The notes under the pieces were generated by a model. That model did no database searches. It was not told the DNA's origin and saw nothing but the letters and a program-made list of their open reading frames with translations. From positions 7,936,001 through 8,000,000 of the forward strand of contig NC_042999.1 of assembly GCF_006345805.1 (NCBI RefSeq): a DNA stretch of 64,000 bases, read 5' to 3'. The number at the start of each line of letters is the position of its first letter. Position 1 is the first letter of the stretch. The translations under genes were made by a program, and so were the position numbers. Source of the stretch: Octopus sinensis (lineage: Eukaryota). Below are positions 61,801-64,000 of the stretch, in pieces.

Positions 61801-62039
61801 ACAGCTATTTACCATATGCAATGTAATTAATACACCTTGCAATGCTTTGTTCTGATGAGGCACGATAATGTTGAAACAGTTCTGTTTATGCATTGTAGTT
61901 GAAAGTATATTAAATATTGAGTTAAAAACTGGAGGGTCCTGTTTAACAAACGAGGGAGAGTAAAATTACATCAAGTCTTCTCACTTATGCAAAATAACTA
62001 AATAACCAATAAGAAATGAACCTTTGTACATGTATAGAT

Positions 62040-62070
<31 letters not shown>

Positions 62071-62097
62071 CAAACCTTTATGTATGTATGTATGTAT

Positions 62098-62138
<41 letters not shown>

Positions 62139-62139
<1 letters not shown>

Positions 62140-62367
62140 GTGGCAAGCTGGCAGAAACGTTAGCGCGTCGGGCGAATGCTTAGCAGTATCTTGTCTGTCG
62201 TTACGTTCTGAGTTCAAATTCTGCTGAGGTCGACTTTGCTTTTCATCCCTTCGGGGTTGATAAATAAAGTACCAGTTTCGCACTCGGGTCGATGTAATCG
62301 ACTTAATCCCTTGTCTGTCCTTGTTTGTCCCCTCTATGTTTAGCACCTTGTGGGCAATAAAGAAATA
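62139..62367 (+). mobile_element. SINE-B, full length, within (TA)n
   Basis: Head to aataaagaaata. Confidence 0.9.
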
Positions 62368-62480
62368 TATATATATATAATATATATATATATATATGTA
62401 TATATATATGTATATATATGTATATATATATATTGTATATATACATATATATATGTATATATATATACATACATATATAG

Positions 62481-62534
<54 letters not shown>

Positions 62535-63250
62535 ATAAAACTTACTTAGAGGAGGATGCATAGTGTTCAATCATATAATGATATAAATAAAATATATATA
62601 CATATGCATATATACATACGTATATGTACATACATCTATACGTATATATATACACATATGTGGGCACAGGACGTCACGAAACGTGTACAACATAAAAGTC
62701 TGAAGCACGAGTACATGGAACATGAATTATTCTTTCGAAGAACCAAAGACACAAATGGAAAACAAAAGAAACAACATAAAGAACGAATCTTTATCAGTTC
62801 TTGTCTCGTATTTTGAATATGTGTGTGTGTGTGCAATGAAGTTAAAAAAAGATAGTAGAGATTCTTTTAGTGAGGCCCATCACCAGAGAGAAATAACGTG
62901 TTACGCCATTCAAGTATAGACTTCGATTCACTTTAATAACTTTATCATGTACTTGTTAACAGTTATGAGAAAAGATACACAGAAAATTATGGTTTTAAAA
63001 TATATATATAATGTCCTGCCATTAACCATTAAATTCACAAAGTTCATAAAGAAACTGAAAAACGAACATATTTTATCATCAACTTGAATTATTTCCTAAA
63101 TCTGAATTTAAATCTGAATTGCTTTTATCAACGCAGCATTTAAACGTTCAAACAATGCAGTAGATGTGGGTCGTCGATATTTTCTGTTCATTATCATTGT
63201 TGTCACCTTCATCATACTTATCATCATCATCACCATCCTCATAAAGGAAA

Positions 63251-63639
63251 ATATATATAAAGCTGAAGTTGTCTGTGTGTGGCAGGTTTGGTAGCCTTCA
63301 ACTAACACTATCTCCTCCGAGACCCTGCGACGCAAGTTGACCAAAATCGAGAGTATGATAGAAGAAGGCTTGCTCTTCCTTCCGTAGAAGAAAAATTTCA
63401 AATCGGACCATGTTAACACCAAAAATTATTTACATCAAAAAGGTGCTTTTTTTTCTATGAAAATCCCTATTTTTTACGATTTTTTGACTGCTGTGTCGCC
63501 ATTTTTCAGTGTATTTCAACCAGAAAAATGTTCACTCAAAGAGAATAACAAGCTACATAATGCAAAAATTTATACTTTTCAAAAATTCCAATTCTAAAGG
63601 GTCGAAACAAACCCAAGCAATATCGGGCGATATTGCTAG
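63251..63639 (+). mobile_element. Non-autonomous Helitron-like element
   Basis: 3' hairpin agcaatatcg-gg-cgatattgct overlapping terminal CTAG, followed by T; 5' atatatataaagctgaagttgtctg with no clear TC start. Confidence 0.6.
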
Positions 63640-64000
63640 TTAAAATATATTTTAAAAAAATGTTTCCATGGTTCGTTTTAACATTGAAGACAGCATGAAT
63701 AGGGCACAACATTATTACTCATTTCAATTCCCTTACATTCTCACAAACCACTCAACCACTCATTACCTTTCCTTCTTAACCTTCCCCTGAGCTCTATCGT
63801 CATTTCCAACCTGTTATTCTTCACCTCTTCCCTCTACTCACTACATAATCCCTCAACCTTACTCAATCTCTACAGTTGTCACCTACTCTTACCTACATTT
63901 CCTTCTTACCATCCAATCAACACTTGTTTTTCATTACCCCTCACCCATTTCTCTATCTCCCACTTTCTCATATTCTTTTACAACTTCTACCTGCCCACTC

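Overview
AT-rich eukaryotic non-coding DNA dominated by microsatellites and short retroposons. The repeat families resemble those of an octopus/cephalopod genome (inference from repeat content, not a database match). I recognise no protein-coding gene or true RNA gene. Nearly all supplied ORFs are microsatellite or SINE artefacts. Supported content: several tRNA-headed SINE families (working names A, B, D, E), a modular (GAT)n-tailed repeat (C), an RTE-tail-like repeat (F), CR1-type LINE 3' ends, seven fragments of R4/Dong-like restriction-endonuclease (REL) non-LTR elements in or beside (TAA)n or (ATAC)n microsatellites, a BEL/Pao-like relic, TTAA-ended MITEs and a Helitron-like element. The most striking signal is three distinct families of Penelope-type minimal hammerhead-ribozyme motifs. 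One forms the 3' part of a tRNA-headed SINE-like element found twice as a head-to-head inverted dimer (47.9-48.4 kb with a 16-bp target-site duplication; 50.9-51.4 kb as a ~490-bp hairpin). Also notable are SINE-B multimers inserted as single TSD-flanked units, and a speculative minus-strand exon chain for a single-pass membrane protein with an in-frame UGA. Boundaries of decayed repeats are approximate (a few to ~20 nt).
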